A stretch of DNA of 64,000 bases from Phenylobacterium sp. GTDB lineage: Bacteria > Pseudomonadota > Alphaproteobacteria > Caulobacterales > Caulobacteraceae. Position numbers and translations under genes: made by a program. Of the stretch, positions 42,305-52,546 are shown piece after piece (within the stretch, counting starts at the first letter, position 1; each line of letters opens with the position of its first letter). Where the stretch lies: positions 17,985 to 81,984 of the forward strand of contig NZ_JAUSLG010000023.1 in the NCBI RefSeq assembly GCF_030646615.1. Direction: 5' to 3'. The notes under the pieces are model-generated. The model saw only the letters and a program-made list of their open reading frames with translations, ran no database searches and was not told the DNA's origin.

Positions 42305-44659
42305 ATGCGCATGGACGGTTTAAACAGCTCACCCAGCCCCGAACCCGCGGCGGGCGCCGTTGCGGAACGGCTGTCGCGCGCGCTGGCCGCCGCCGCCCAT
42401 GGGGTGGCGCTCATCGATCCGGACGGCCAGCTGTCCTGGGTCAACGATGGCTTTACGGAGATCACCGGCTACACCGCGGCCGACGCCCTGGGAAAGCGTG
42501 TCGGCCAGTTGCTGTTCGATGACCGCCATGCCGACGCGCGGTTCGGACTTGACCAAGCCCAGCCGGGCCGCCGCGCGGAGGTGGCCGGCCGCCGAAAATC
42601 CGGCGAGACCTTCTGGGCCGATGCCGATCTTCGCGCCGTGCCCGCCGAGGACGGCTCGGCCGATGGGTTTGTTCTCACCCTGGTGGACGTCACGGCCAAT
42701 CGGGAAGACCAGCGCCGCTCCGCCGCCGCCTCCAGCGCCCTGCGCGACGCCGCCCGGCTGGCCGGGCTGGGCGGATGGGAGATCGATTTCCTCAAGGGTG
42801 AGGTTCGCTACACGGAAGAGCTCTGCGCGATGATGGGGCATGCCGTCGGGGCTGACTCTTTCCAGTCGGCTATGGACGTCTACCTGCCCGAACACCGGGA
42901 ATCCGTGCTGGCCGCCCTGGTGGAGACGGCTCAGAACGGCACGCGCATGGACGTCGAAGCCGAGGCCACCACGGCGGCGGGCGCGCGCATCTGGCTTCGG
43001 GTCATGGGCGTGGCGGAGATCGTCGACGGCGTCTGCGTCGCCATCCGCGGCGCCAGCCAGGATATCACCACCACCCGCAACGCCCTGGCTGATCTGCGCT
43101 CGTCCGAGGGATTCGCCCGCGGGGTCATCGACGGTATCGCCGCCATGGTCGCCGTCATCGACGCCGACGGTCACCTGGTGGAAGCCAATCGCACATTCCG
43201 CGAGACGGGCGCGGCCATTCGGGATCAGGGCGAGTACCCGATGGACCGGAGCATGTTCGAGATCTTCAGGGGACTGCCCGATGGCCATGGGCGCGCCCTG
43301 GAGCGGGGCGTTCGGGCTGTTCTGGCGGGGGAGAGCGAGACATTCATCCGCGCCTATGAGGCGCGGGACGGCGAGTGGTTTCGCCTCAGCGCGTCGCGGT
43401 TCAGGGGCGAGGGTCCGGTCCGGGCGGTGCTGTTCACCCAGTCGGTGGCCGACCTCAAGCGCTCGGAACGCCGCCTGCGAACACTGAACGCCAACCTCAA
43501 GCGCGCCCGCGACCAGGCCGATGCGGCCAATGTGGCCAAGAGCGCCTTTCTCGCCACCATGAGCCACGAAATCCGCACGCCTCTGAACGGCGTGCTGGGC
43601 ATGGCCCAGGCCATGGCGCGGGACGAACTGCCGGAAGCCCAGCGGGAGCGCCTGGCGGTGATCCGTCAAGCGGGAGAAACCCTCCTGGTCCTGCTGAACG
43701 ACCTGCTGGACCTGTCGCGGATCGAGGCTGGGCGGCTGGAGTTGGAAGACGGGCTGGTGGATATCGTGCGGATCGCCGAAGGCACCCAGGCGACCTTCAC
43801 CACCCTGGCGGCCGAGAAGGATCTCTATTTTTATCTTGAGATCGAAGCCTCAGCCCGCGGCTACTGGCGCGGCGACCCCACCCGGGTGCGACAGGTGCTC
43901 TACAATCTCGTGTCCAACGCCGTGAAGTTCACGGCCCGGGGCTCTGTGCAGGTCAATGTCGCCCGCAAGGGCGCCCACCTCGTCCTCAATGTGACAGATA
44001 CGGGTCCAGGGATCTCCCCGGACCGGCTCGGGTCGCTGTTTGACAAGTTCGTCCAGGCCGACGCCTCGACGACCCGCAAGTTCGGCGGCTCGGGGCTGGG
44101 CCTGGCGATCTGCCGGGAGCTCTGCGGCCTCATGGGCGGGACGATCACTGTGCAGAGCGTCCTGGAGCAGGGCTCGAGCTTCACCGTCCGCCTCCCCCTG
44201 CCCCCGGCCGAGGCCCCGGAGCCTGCGCCCGCTCAATCTGGTCCCCTCGGCCTGACGGCGCCGGAAGGACGGCTCATCCGCGTCCTGGCGGCCGAGGACA
44301 ACCCCATGAACCAGCTGGTCCTGAAGACCCTGCTGTCACCCATGATGATCGACCTGCACATCGTCGATGACGGCGAGCGGGCGGTCGAGGCCTGGGCCGA
44401 CAGCCCGTGGGACGTCATCCTGATGGACGTGCAGATGCCGCGGATGGATGGTCCGACTGCAGCCCGCGCCATCCGCGCCCGGGAAGAGGCCGAGGGTAGG
44501 CGGCGGACGCCGATCATCGCCCTTACGGCCAACGCCATGTCGCATCATGAAAAGGAATATCTGGATGCGGGCATGGACGCCCTGACACCTAAGCCTATCG
44601 AGTTGGAGCGCCTGCTGGGCGCCTTGGACGCCGTTCTAAGCCCTGACAGCGAGGCCTAG
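42305..44659 (+). CDS. Multi-PAS hybrid sensor histidine kinase / response regulator
   Basis: PAS-like repeats ([12 protein letters not shown]...) precede an H-box ([15 protein letters not shown]), an N-box ([10 protein letters not shown]), G-boxes ([15 protein letters not shown]) and a receiver ([11 protein letters not shown]...[12 protein letters not shown]...KP). Confidence 0.86.
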   Translation: MRMDGLNSSPSPEPAAGAVAERLSRALAAAAHGVALIDPDGQLSWVNDGFTEITGYTAADALGKRVGQLLFDDRHADARFGLDQAQPGRRAEVAGRRKSGETFWADADLRAVPAEDGSADGFVLTLVDVTANREDQRRSAAASSALRDAARLAGLGGWEIDFLKGEVRYTEELCAMMGHAVGADSFQSAMDVYLPEHRESVLAALVETAQNGTRMDVEAEATTAAGARIWLRVMGVAEIVDGVCVAIRGASQDITTTRNALADLRSSEGFARGVIDGIAAMVAVIDADGHLVEANRTFRETGAAIRDQGEYPMDRSMFEIFRGLPDGHGRALERGVRAVLAGESETFIRAYEARDGEWFRLSASRFRGEGPVRAVLFTQSVADLKRSERRLRTLNANLKRARDQADAANVAKSAFLATMSHEIRTPLNGVLGMAQAMARDELPEAQRERLAVIRQAGETLLVLLNDLLDLSRIEAGRLELEDGLVDIVRIAEGTQATFTTLAAEKDLYFYLEIEASARGYWRGDPTRVRQVLYNLVSNAVKFTARGSVQVNVARKGAHLVLNVTDTGPGISPDRLGSLFDKFVQADASTTRKFGGSGLGLAICRELCGLMGGTITVQSVLEQGSSFTVRLPLPPAEAPEPAPAQSGPLGLTAPEGRLIRVLAAEDNPMNQLVLKTLLSPMMIDLHIVDDGERAVEAWADSPWDVILMDVQMPRMDGPTAARAIRAREEAEGRRRTPIIALTANAMSHHEKEYLDAGMDALTPKPIELERLLGALDAVLSPDSEA

Positions 44660-44661
44660 CC

Positions 44662-44760
44662 ATGCCGGACTGGATGCGCCTGATATATCTGCTGCTGGTC
44701 CTGGTGCTGCTGGCGCCAGCGGGCATAGCGATCATCCGACGCTGGATGAATCGCCGATAA
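44662..44760 (+). CDS. Possible 32-aa single-TM peptide MPDWMRLIYLLLVLVLLAPAGIAIIRRWMNRR
   Basis: I translated this by hand. The ATG lies 2 nt after the kinase stop, and the ORF fills the gap up to the convergent gene. It has a hydrophobic core plus a basic tail, but no SD, and it contains ATA and TAT codons. It is below the track cutoff. Confidence 0.25.
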   Translation: MPDWMRLIYLLLVLVLLAPAGIAIIRRWMNRR

Positions 44761-44764
44761 GGCT

Positions 44765-45085
44765 CTAGCCGCAGCGCACTTCTTTGATGAGCCCGGTCTC
44801 GGCGTCATAGAAGAAGTTCAGGCGCCGGGGATGGAAGTCCATGGTCACCGGGCAGGTCGTGCAGGCCACCCGCTGCAGTCCCGGATTCACCGGCACCGGT
44901 ATCTCGCTGCGATGACGGCCGACCAGGCGCTGAGCCTGCGCCGCGCCGCACTGGTCGGTGGGCTGGCTCGGTTGGGTCGGGCGCGGAGCAGCCGGTTGCT
45001 CAGGCGGCGGCGTGGGCGCTGGCTCGCTGGCGCAGGCCGAGAGGAGAAGTCCAGCGGCCATCGCCAGGACGAGATTGCGTGTCAT
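44765..45085 (-). CDS. Peptidase inhibitor I78 family lipoprotein
   Basis: There is a lipobox (LLLSAC), a Pro-rich linker, then CGAAQAQRLVGR...RV.......VTMDF...RLNFFYD...G.I..V.CG, the pattern of I78 inhibitors. The ATG at 45085 overlaps the holC stop (ATGA). Confidence 0.65.
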   Translation of the reverse strand: MTRNLVLAMAAGLLLSACASEPAPTPPPEQPAAPRPTQPSQPTDQCGAAQAQRLVGRHRSEIPVPVNPGLQRVACTTCPVTMDFHPRRLNFFYDAETGLIKEVRCG

Positions 45086-45540
45086 GCCTGTTTCTCCCAA
45101 CCGCGGGTCATCTGCCGCCAATAGCTCACCGGCAGACCCTGCTTCTTGATAGCGCCCCATTGCGCCCGTGCTGTGGCGAGCGCGGCCTCATCGCGGCCGT
45201 CAAACAGCACGATGCACCGGACAAACCCGTCAAGCACGCCCGCATCAGCGCCGTCGAGCAGGAAAACCACGTCGGCGCTGTTGAGATTGTCCATTTCCGT
45301 GGTCAACAGCACCGGCTGGGCCGCGGCGTGCGGCTCGTCGGCGCCCCCGTGCGGGAGGAAGCTGTCGTCGCGATAGCTCCAGAGCCAGCTGTCCAGGTGC
45401 TCCAGACGATCGGCCAGGCGCGAGCGGACCAGCGCCTTCCAGTTGCGCGCCAGGGTCTTTTCCAGGAGATCGGGCAGCACCTGATCGAGGCCCGAACGCT
45501 CCAGATGATAGAACCAGACTTCGCAGGGGGCCTCAGCCAT
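45082..45540 (-). CDS. holC: DNA polymerase III subunit chi
   Basis: The 152-aa ORF has EVWFYHLERSGLDQVLPDLLEKTL and WSYRDDSFLPHG. It is in the conserved pepA-linked position. Confidence 0.85.
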   Translation of the reverse strand: MAEAPCEVWFYHLERSGLDQVLPDLLEKTLARNWKALVRSRLADRLEHLDSWLWSYRDDSFLPHGGADEPHAAAQPVLLTTEMDNLNSADVVFLLDGADAGVLDGFVRCIVLFDGRDEAALATARAQWGAIKKQGLPVSYWRQMTRGWEKQA

Positions 45541-46234
45541 GGGCGTCCAGCGCGATCTCGCGTCCCAGGGCCTGGACCATGCCGGCGACGTCCCGCGGCG
45601 CCGTCAGCGGTGAAAGATGGTTGAGCTGCAGGCGCCGGGCGCGCCAGCCCATGCGTCGCGCCGCCTCGGCCTGATCCTCATAGGCGCCGCTGAGCTGCAG
45701 GTATCCGCCGGGTCCCGCCAGGGTCCCAGGGGGCGCTGGCTCTTCGAAATAGGCGAGCGGAAGCGGGCCGAGTTCGGCGAGCAGCGCCGCGCGAAGGCCA
45801 GGCTCCGGCACGAGCCGTTCCAGGGCGCCGGGGGGCCACCAGGCGTCCCAGGACGGAAGCTCTCCGCCCTGCGAGCCCAGGGTCAGGTCCTCCCGCAGCG
45901 CCGGCGGCGCGGTGTCCAGCCAGCTGAGCCCGGGATGCGGCAGGATGGCGTCCACGAGGATGGTCCCGGCCACGGGGATGCTGAGCGCCTGGGCGGCGGC
46001 CGGCACGAGCGCGCCCGCCCCGCTGTGGGCCACGAGGAGCACGGGATCGTCGCCGCGCGCCTCGATGGTCCGGGCCATGGCCTTGGCCAGGGTCGCATAG
46101 AAGTCGCCGTCCACCTCGCCCAGAGGCGTCCAGGGGGGCGCCTCAGCGGTCAGGCCGCGACCGGAAAGTTCCTCGGCCACGCCCTGCCAGGTCAGCGGAC
46201 CCAGCAGGGGGCTATGCAGCAGGACGAGCCTCAC
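45533..46234 (-). CDS. Alpha/beta hydrolase fold protein
   Basis: The 233-aa ORF has a nucleophile-elbow-like VAHSGAG. It overlaps the holC start by 8 nt. Confidence 0.6.
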   Translation of the reverse strand: MRLVLLHSPLLGPLTWQGVAEELSGRGLTAEAPPWTPLGEVDGDFYATLAKAMARTIEARGDDPVLLVAHSGAGALVPAAAQALSIPVAGTILVDAILPHPGLSWLDTAPPALREDLTLGSQGGELPSWDAWWPPGALERLVPEPGLRAALLAELGPLPLAYFEEPAPPGTLAGPGGYLQLSGAYEDQAEAARRMGWRARRLQLNHLSPLTAPRDVAGMVQALGREIALDAHG

Positions 46235-46266
46235 CGCGGTCTCCTAAAATCCCGCCGCGCGGACGA

Positions 46267-47751
46267 TCAGCCCTCGTACTTGTCGGCGACCATGCGGTTG
46301 AGCAGGCGAACGCCGTAGCCGGTGGCGCCCTCGGGACTGGTCGGCACGCTGGAGGGCTTCTTCCAGGCGGTGGAGGCGATGTCCATGTGCGCCCAGGGCA
46401 GGCCGTTGACGAAGCGCTGGAGGAAGAGCGCCGCCGTGATCGAGCCGCCGGGACGGCCGCCCGTGTTCTTTACGTCGGCGATGATGCTGTCGATCTGCTT
46501 GTCATAGGCCGGCGGCAGCGGCATCCGCCACAGGGGTTCGGCCTCGGTCTTGGACGCGGCCAGCAGGTTGTCGGCCAGTTCGTCATTGTTGGAGAAGACC
46601 CCGGCATAGTCGTTGCCCAGGCTGATGATGATCGCCCCGGTCAGGGTGGCCAGGTCGACCATGAACTTCGGCTTGAAGCGGTCCTGGCAGTACCAGAGGG
46701 CGTCGGCGAGGACGAGGCGGCCCTCGGCGTCGGTGTTGATGATCTCGATGGTCTGGCCCGACATGCTGGTGACCACGTCGCCGGGCCGCTGGGCGTCGCC
46801 GTCAGGCATGTTCTCAACGAGACCCAGAATACCCACGGCGTTGACCTTGGCCTTGCGCCCGGCCAGCACGTGCATGAGGCCGGCCACGGCGGCGGCGCCG
46901 CCCATGTCCCACTTCATGTCTTCCATGCCGTCGGCCGGCTTGATCGAGATGCCGCCAGTGTCGAAGCAGACGCCCTTGCCGACGAAGGCGATGGGCTGGG
47001 CCGCGGGATCAGACCCCCCGTTCCAGCGCATGATGGCCAGCTGGCTGTCCTTGCGGCTGCCCTGCCCCACGCCGAGCAGCGAGCCCATGCCGAGCTTCGC
47101 CATCTCGGCCTCGCCGAGGATCTCGACCTCGAGGCCCAGGCTCTCGAGCCCCTTCACCCGGCGGGCGAATTCGGCGGGATAGAGAACATTCGGCGGTTCG
47201 GACACCAGGTCGCGGGCGAACGAAATGGCGTCGGCCAGGGCCGCCAGCTCCACATAGGCGCCCTGGGCGGCCGAGGTGTCGGCGCTGACGATCTCGGCCT
47301 TGAGGATCGAGGGCTTCTTGTCGGCCGGCTCCTTGGTCCGATAGCGGTCGAAGCGATAGGCGGCCAGGCGCAGACCCAGCGCAGCCCGTTCCGGCTTGCC
47401 GGCGGCAGGATCGGCGAAGGCCACGCGCAGCACGGTGAGTCCCGAGAGCTTGACCGCGCCATAGGCGTTGGCCGCCGCATGCTCGGCGCCGACGTCGTCG
47501 AAGGCCTCGCGCTTGCCGCCGCCCACCAGCACAATCCGCTCGGCCGCATGGCCGGCCGGCGCCGTCAGGTCCAGGACCTGGCCCTTGGCGCCGGTGAAGC
47601 GCCCTTGCGCCAGGGCGCGACCCACCACACCTGCGGCCTGCTGGTCAGCCTCGGCGACCGCCCCGGAAAGAACAGAACCTTCAAAGACGATGAGGGCGAG
47701 CGCGGTCTTTTCGGCGATCTCAGAACCGGGCGTGACGAATTGGATGTCCAT
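46267..47751 (-). CDS. pepA: Leucyl aminopeptidase (M17)
   Basis: [16 protein letters not shown]...[11 protein letters not shown]...[14 protein letters not shown] gives the M17 metal-binding motifs. Confidence 0.94.
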   Translation of the reverse strand: MDIQFVTPGSEIAEKTALALIVFEGSVLSGAVAEADQQAAGVVGRALAQGRFTGAKGQVLDLTAPAGHAAERIVLVGGGKREAFDDVGAEHAAANAYGAVKLSGLTVLRVAFADPAAGKPERAALGLRLAAYRFDRYRTKEPADKKPSILKAEIVSADTSAAQGAYVELAALADAISFARDLVSEPPNVLYPAEFARRVKGLESLGLEVEILGEAEMAKLGMGSLLGVGQGSRKDSQLAIMRWNGGSDPAAQPIAFVGKGVCFDTGGISIKPADGMEDMKWDMGGAAAVAGLMHVLAGRKAKVNAVGILGLVENMPDGDAQRPGDVVTSMSGQTIEIINTDAEGRLVLADALWYCQDRFKPKFMVDLATLTGAIIISLGNDYAGVFSNNDELADNLLAASKTEAEPLWRMPLPPAYDKQIDSIIADVKNTGGRPGGSITAALFLQRFVNGLPWAHMDIASTAWKKPSSVPTSPEGATGYGVRLLNRMVADKYEG

Positions 47752-47904
47752 GCGAATTCTCTACAAAAGCAAAGCTGAAGGCGCTCCGCCGCCAGGGCGC
47801 CCAGACTGGCGTCTCCTGCGGCGGTTGTGTGGCGCAGCAACGCATGGTTTAGAACAGCTTCGCGCCAAGGGCGCGCCAAATCACGCCGGCGACGCCTTTT
47901 TTTC

Positions 47905-49044
47905 ATGCGCCTGATCGATCGATATCTGCTGCGCCAACTGCTGGGTCCCACCCTGCTGGCGGCGCTCGCCCTGAGTTCGGTGGCCCTGCTCAGCCAGAGC
48001 CTTTCAGCGCTTGATGTGATCATCAACCAGCGCCAGAGCGCGGGTGTTTTCCTGAAGATCACCCTGCTGGCCATGCCGCAGTTGATCAATATGGTCATGC
48101 CCATCGCCTTGTTCGTGGCCGCCCTGGTGGCGCTCAACAGGCTGCAGAGCGAGCAGGAACTGGTCGTCTGCTATGCAGGCGGCATGAGCCGCTGGCGGGT
48201 CATCGCCCCGCCCATGCGACTGGCCGCCATGATCGCCTTGGCGGCCCTGGTGCTGAACCTCTTCGTCCAGCCCGCCGCGTTCCGCGAACTGCGCGATACG
48301 CTATTCGACGTGCGCACCGATCTGGCCGCCACCCTGGTGCGCGAGGGGGAGTTCACCGAACCGGCGCCGGGCCTGACCGTCTACGCCCAGAACGTCGACA
48401 GCCGCGGCGGGATGGGCAACCTCTTCATCCACGTGGCGGAGGGCGATGGGGTGGCCACGACCTACACGGCCGACGAGGGTCGGCTGGCGACCCGCGCCGG
48501 CGTGCCCGTGCTGGTCATGTCCCGGGGCTCGACCCAGGAGTTCAGCGAGACCGGCGTGCTGAACTATCTGACCTTCGACGAATATATCTTCGACCTCAGC
48601 CCCCTCATCGCGTCCGCGGAGCTGGTTCACTACAAGCCCTCCGACCGCTACCTCCATGAGCTGTTCTTCCCTGACCTCACCCAGGACTGGGAACAGCGCA
48701 ACCGCCTGGAAATGCTGGCCGAGGGCCACGCCCGGCTGGCCAGCCCGCTCTACAATATCACCTTCATGGCCATGGCCCTGGCCGCCATCCTGGGCGGCGG
48801 CTACGACCGGATGGGCTATGGCCGGCGGATCGCCTGGGCCGGAGCCGCAGCGGCGATCACCCGCATCCTGGGCTTCATCGCCCAGGCCGCCAGCGAGTCC
48901 CACGCCTGGCTGAACCTGCTTCAGTACGCCATCCCGCTGGCCGCCATGGGCCTGGCCCTGCGCAGTGTGTTCCGCCAGAAGGTGTCGCGCTTTATCGACA
49001 TGGGCGCACGGCCCAGCCGGATCGCCCGGGGAGGCGCCGCCTGA
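47905..49044 (+). CDS. lptF: LPS export ABC transporter permease LptF
   Basis: MRLIDRYLLRQLLGPTLLAALALSSVALLSQSL... is the YjgP/YjgQ family start. The ATG at 47905 is divergent from pepA, as in many Proteobacteria. Confidence 0.86.
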   Translation: MRLIDRYLLRQLLGPTLLAALALSSVALLSQSLSALDVIINQRQSAGVFLKITLLAMPQLINMVMPIALFVAALVALNRLQSEQELVVCYAGGMSRWRVIAPPMRLAAMIALAALVLNLFVQPAAFRELRDTLFDVRTDLAATLVREGEFTEPAPGLTVYAQNVDSRGGMGNLFIHVAEGDGVATTYTADEGRLATRAGVPVLVMSRGSTQEFSETGVLNYLTFDEYIFDLSPLIASAELVHYKPSDRYLHELFFPDLTQDWEQRNRLEMLAEGHARLASPLYNITFMAMALAAILGGGYDRMGYGRRIAWAGAAAAITRILGFIAQAASESHAWLNLLQYAIPLAAMGLALRSVFRQKVSRFIDMGARPSRIARGGAA

Positions 49045-50144
49045 TGCGATTTGGTCGGATCGAAGCCTATGTTCTGGGCCGCAACCTGCTCAGCGTCGGG
49101 GTCGCCCTGGCCGTCATCTCGGCGGTCATCCTGCTCGTGCAGTTCGTGGAGCTTTCCCGCTCCGTGGGCGTGCGGGCCGAGGTGAGCGTCAGCCAGCTCT
49201 TCGGCCTGACCGCCCTGGGCATGCCCTCCCTGATCCTGGTGCTTCTGCCCTTCGTGTTCCTGTTCGGCTGCATGTCGGCCTATGTCAGCCTCAATCGCCG
49301 CAGTGAACTGGTGGCCATGCGCGCCGCCGGCGTCTCGGCCTGGCGCTTCATCCTGCCCACGGCGGCGGCCGCCGCCGTCGTCGGCGTGATCACCGTGACC
49401 CTGCTCAATCCCCTGGCGGCGGCGTCCAACGCCAGGTTCGCCAGCGAGCGCGCCCGGGTCATGGACAACTACCTCGTCGATGCGCCGCAGGACGTCTGGC
49501 TGCGCCAGGGCGACGAACGCAGCCAGATCGTGATCCACGCCCGCGATCGGGAGATCATTGAGGGATCGGTCGTGCTGCGGGGCGTCTCCCTCTTCGTCTA
49601 TCAGAAGGACGAGGACGGTACGCCGCAGTTCACTCGCCGGCTGGAGGCCGCCGAGGCCCGGCTTCTGCCCGGCTTCTGGCGCCTGACCGACGTCCGCGAG
49701 GCCGCCGCCGGCGAAAGCTCCGTGCGCTCCGAAAGCCTGTCCCTCCGCTCCAGCCTCGACAGCGAATCGGCCATGGAGCGGTTCGCCTCCCCTGAGGCCA
49801 TCGCCTTCTGGCGGCTGCCGGCGGCCATTCGCACGACCGAGCAGGCCGGTTTCAGCGCCAGCCGCTACCAGCTCCGGTTCCACCAGCTTCTGGCCACGCC
49901 GGTGCTGTTCGCCGCCATGACCATACTGGCCGCCGCCTTCTCTCTGCGGCTTGTCCGGCTAGGGGGACTGGCCGGTCTGGCGGGGGCGGGAGTCGCCCTG
50001 GGATTCGTGTTCTTCTTCCTGAACGAATTCGCCGGCGCCCTGGCCAATGCCGACGTCATTCCCCTCGCCGCGGCCGCCTGGGCGCCGCCGGTGATCGCCC
50101 TCCTGTCGGGGGTCACGCTGCTCTGCTACACCGAAGACGGTTGA
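49044..50144 (+). CDS. lptG: LPS export ABC transporter permease LptG
   Basis: The 366-aa YjgP/YjgQ family ORF (IEAYVLGRNLLSVGVALAVISAVILLVQFVE) has a start that overlaps the lptF stop (TGATG). Confidence 0.88.
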   Translation: MRFGRIEAYVLGRNLLSVGVALAVISAVILLVQFVELSRSVGVRAEVSVSQLFGLTALGMPSLILVLLPFVFLFGCMSAYVSLNRRSELVAMRAAGVSAWRFILPTAAAAAVVGVITVTLLNPLAAASNARFASERARVMDNYLVDAPQDVWLRQGDERSQIVIHARDREIIEGSVVLRGVSLFVYQKDEDGTPQFTRRLEAAEARLLPGFWRLTDVREAAAGESSVRSESLSLRSSLDSESAMERFASPEAIAFWRLPAAIRTTEQAGFSASRYQLRFHQLLATPVLFAAMTILAAAFSLRLVRLGGLAGLAGAGVALGFVFFFLNEFAGALANADVIPLAAAAWAPPVIALLSGVTLLCYTEDG

Positions 50145-50202
50145 AACACGCCGCCACGCCGCTATTCCCTGCGCACTGGGCGCGGCAAGAAGGGATTCAC
50201 GC

Positions 50203-52515
50203 TTGAAGACGTCACCTCGGCGCGTATCGCTCGCCTCGGTCAAGCGCAGCCTCCTGGCCGGGGCGGCGGTGGCCAGCCTGTGCGCCGGCGCCGCAGCCGC
50301 CCAGACGGCGGACGAGCCCCTTGCCGACGCGACGGCCACTGAGGCGCCTGTGCGCGGCGCCGACGGCCTGCTGCCGGGGTCCATCTATATGGAGGCCGAC
50401 TCCATGGTCCGCGACGATTCCCGGGAGCGGACGACCGCGACCGGCGAGGTCGAAGCCCGCTACGACGGCCGCAATCTGCGCGCCGACGCCCTGGTCTATG
50501 ACGAGGCCCAGGGCGTCCTGGAAGCCTCCAATGTCGAGATCTTCAATCCCGACGGCAGTGTGGAGTTCGCCCGCGAGATCGTGCTGGACGACGAGATGAA
50601 GGCCGGCGTCGCCCGGGGCTTCTCCGCGCGGCTGCCCATGAACGTCAAGCTGGCGGCGGCCAGCGCGGTCCGGCGCAACGAGAATGTCAACGAGCTGAAC
50701 CGGGCGATCTACACGCCTTGCGACATCTGCGCCGACAACACAGACAAGACCCCGACCTGGTCGATCCAGGCCGACAAGGTGGTCCAGGATCGCGAGCGCC
50801 AGCTGGTCTATTATCGCGGCGCGGTGTTCCGCCTGTTCGGCGCGCCGGTGCTCTATCTGCCGCTCTTCTGGCACCCTGACCCGACCGCCGAGCGCAAATC
50901 AGGGCTCCTGACCCCGGACATTTCCGCCTCCGACCGGCGGGGCCTGTCCTATGAGCAGCCCTATCTGTTCGTCCTGTCGCCCTCGTCCGACCTGACCGTC
51001 AGCCCGCAGATCAACACCAAGGTCGCGCCCTTCCTCAACGCCCGCTATCGGAAGCGCTTCTATTCCGGCGAGATCGATGTGCGCGGGGGCTACACCTACG
51101 CCCAGGATTTCGACAGCAGCGGCCGGTTTGGCGACCGGACGTCGCGCAGCTACATCCTGGCCCGCGGCGCCTTCGCCATCGACCAGAACTGGGAGTGGGG
51201 CTTCACCGCCGAACGGGCGTCTGAGGACCTGCTGTTCGACAAGTACGAGATCGGCGACGTCTTCCAGTCCCGCGGCCCCTATATCGCCGATGACCGCCGG
51301 CTGATCTCCCAGCTCTATGCGATCCGCCAGGACGATAATTCCTACTTGTCCGCGGCCGCCCTGGATATCCAAGGTCTGCGCCCCGGCGACGATGACGCCA
51401 CCTTCCCCAGCGTTGCCCCGGTGATTGAAGGCCGTTGGTCCCCAGATCTCCGGCTGGCCGGCGGTCGGGTGAAGCTCCAGCTGGACGCCGTCGCCCTGGA
51501 GCGCGACCGCTCGCCGGCCAGCACCACCCTTGTGAACCTGCCGGGCCTGGACAGCCGCCGGGTGATTAGCCAGGCCGATTGGCGCGCCAGCTACACCCTG
51601 GCCGGGGGGGCGCGCGTCCAGCCGTTCATCAACCTCCGGGCCGACGCCTACAGCCTGGGCGACGTCCCATCCGAAAACTATGGCGGCAAGACCGAAACCC
51701 GCGGCATGGCGACGGCCGGACTCGATCTGAGCTGGCCATTCTATCGCCGATTCAATGACAAAACAGTCGTTCTTGAACCTCTGGTTCAGATCGCCGCATC
51801 CCCTCGGCCTAGTCAGATCCAGGTGGATGTCGACGCCAATGGCGACCCGATCTATCTCGATGAAGACAGCCTGGCCTTCGAGTTCGACGAGACCAATCTT
51901 TTCCTGGCCGACAAGTTCCCGGGCTTCGACCTGATGGAAGGCGGGCTGCGGGCCAGCGTCGCGGGCCGCGCCAGCGTGCTGTGGGACGACGGCCGGCGCG
52001 CCAGCGTGCTGATCGGCCGGAGCTTCCGGGACTCCGAGGAGCAGGCCTTTTCCAGCCGCACAGGTCTTCGCGACACCGAGTCCGACTGGATTGTCGCGGC
52101 CGAGGCCCAGCCGATCCGGGGCCTGTCGGTCTTCAGCCGCGCCCGCCTTGACGGCGAGAGCCTGGACGTCCGCCGGGCCGAAACCGGCGCCAATCTCGCC
52201 ATGGCCCAGGGGTCTGGCTTCTTCCGCTATCTGTGGGACGACCTCGACATCAATGGCGTGAAGCGCGAGAACCTCGACCTGGGCGGCGAAGTGTTCCTGA
52301 CCAAGAACTGGGGCCTTACCGCCTATGGCAACCGCGACATGGTGCAGGACGCCTGGGTGGTGCGCGACATCGGCGTGGTCTATCGGGACGAATGTACGCG
52401 GATCGAAGTCATCTATCGTCGCGAGGACACCGTCATCGGTCGCCTGGGCCCCAGCGAGTCGGTCGCCGTGCGCCTAACCCTCGCCACATTGGGCGAACCT
52501 ATCTATGCCAACTAG
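50203..52515 (+). CDS. lptD: LPS-assembly protein LptD (OstA)
   Basis: The 770-aa ORF has a signal peptide, an OstA-like N-terminus (GEVEARYDGRNLRADALVYDE) and a large beta-barrel region (GLLTPDISASDRRGLSYEQPY). The TTG start is uncertain. Confidence 0.88.
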   Translation: MKTSPRRVSLASVKRSLLAGAAVASLCAGAAAAQTADEPLADATATEAPVRGADGLLPGSIYMEADSMVRDDSRERTTATGEVEARYDGRNLRADALVYDEAQGVLEASNVEIFNPDGSVEFAREIVLDDEMKAGVARGFSARLPMNVKLAAASAVRRNENVNELNRAIYTPCDICADNTDKTPTWSIQADKVVQDRERQLVYYRGAVFRLFGAPVLYLPLFWHPDPTAERKSGLLTPDISASDRRGLSYEQPYLFVLSPSSDLTVSPQINTKVAPFLNARYRKRFYSGEIDVRGGYTYAQDFDSSGRFGDRTSRSYILARGAFAIDQNWEWGFTAERASEDLLFDKYEIGDVFQSRGPYIADDRRLISQLYAIRQDDNSYLSAAALDIQGLRPGDDDATFPSVAPVIEGRWSPDLRLAGGRVKLQLDAVALERDRSPASTTLVNLPGLDSRRVISQADWRASYTLAGGARVQPFINLRADAYSLGDVPSENYGGKTETRGMATAGLDLSWPFYRRFNDKTVVLEPLVQIAASPRPSQIQVDVDANGDPIYLDEDSLAFEFDETNLFLADKFPGFDLMEGGLRASVAGRASVLWDDGRRASVLIGRSFRDSEEQAFSSRTGLRDTESDWIVAAEAQPIRGLSVFSRARLDGESLDVRRAETGANLAMAQGSGFFRYLWDDLDINGVKRENLDLGGEVFLTKNWGLTAYGNRDMVQDAWVVRDIGVVYRDECTRIEVIYRREDTVIGRLGPSESVAVRLTLATLGEPIYAN

Positions 52516-52546
52516 GACCAGCGGCGCTGCAAGCCGCCACGAAGGA

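Noticed and set aside
47897-47903. A T7 homopolymer immediately upstream of the lptF start codon, considered as a possible phase-variation tract.
   Set aside because: It lies outside the coding sequence, is short, and sits in a divergent promoter region where A/T tracts are normal.
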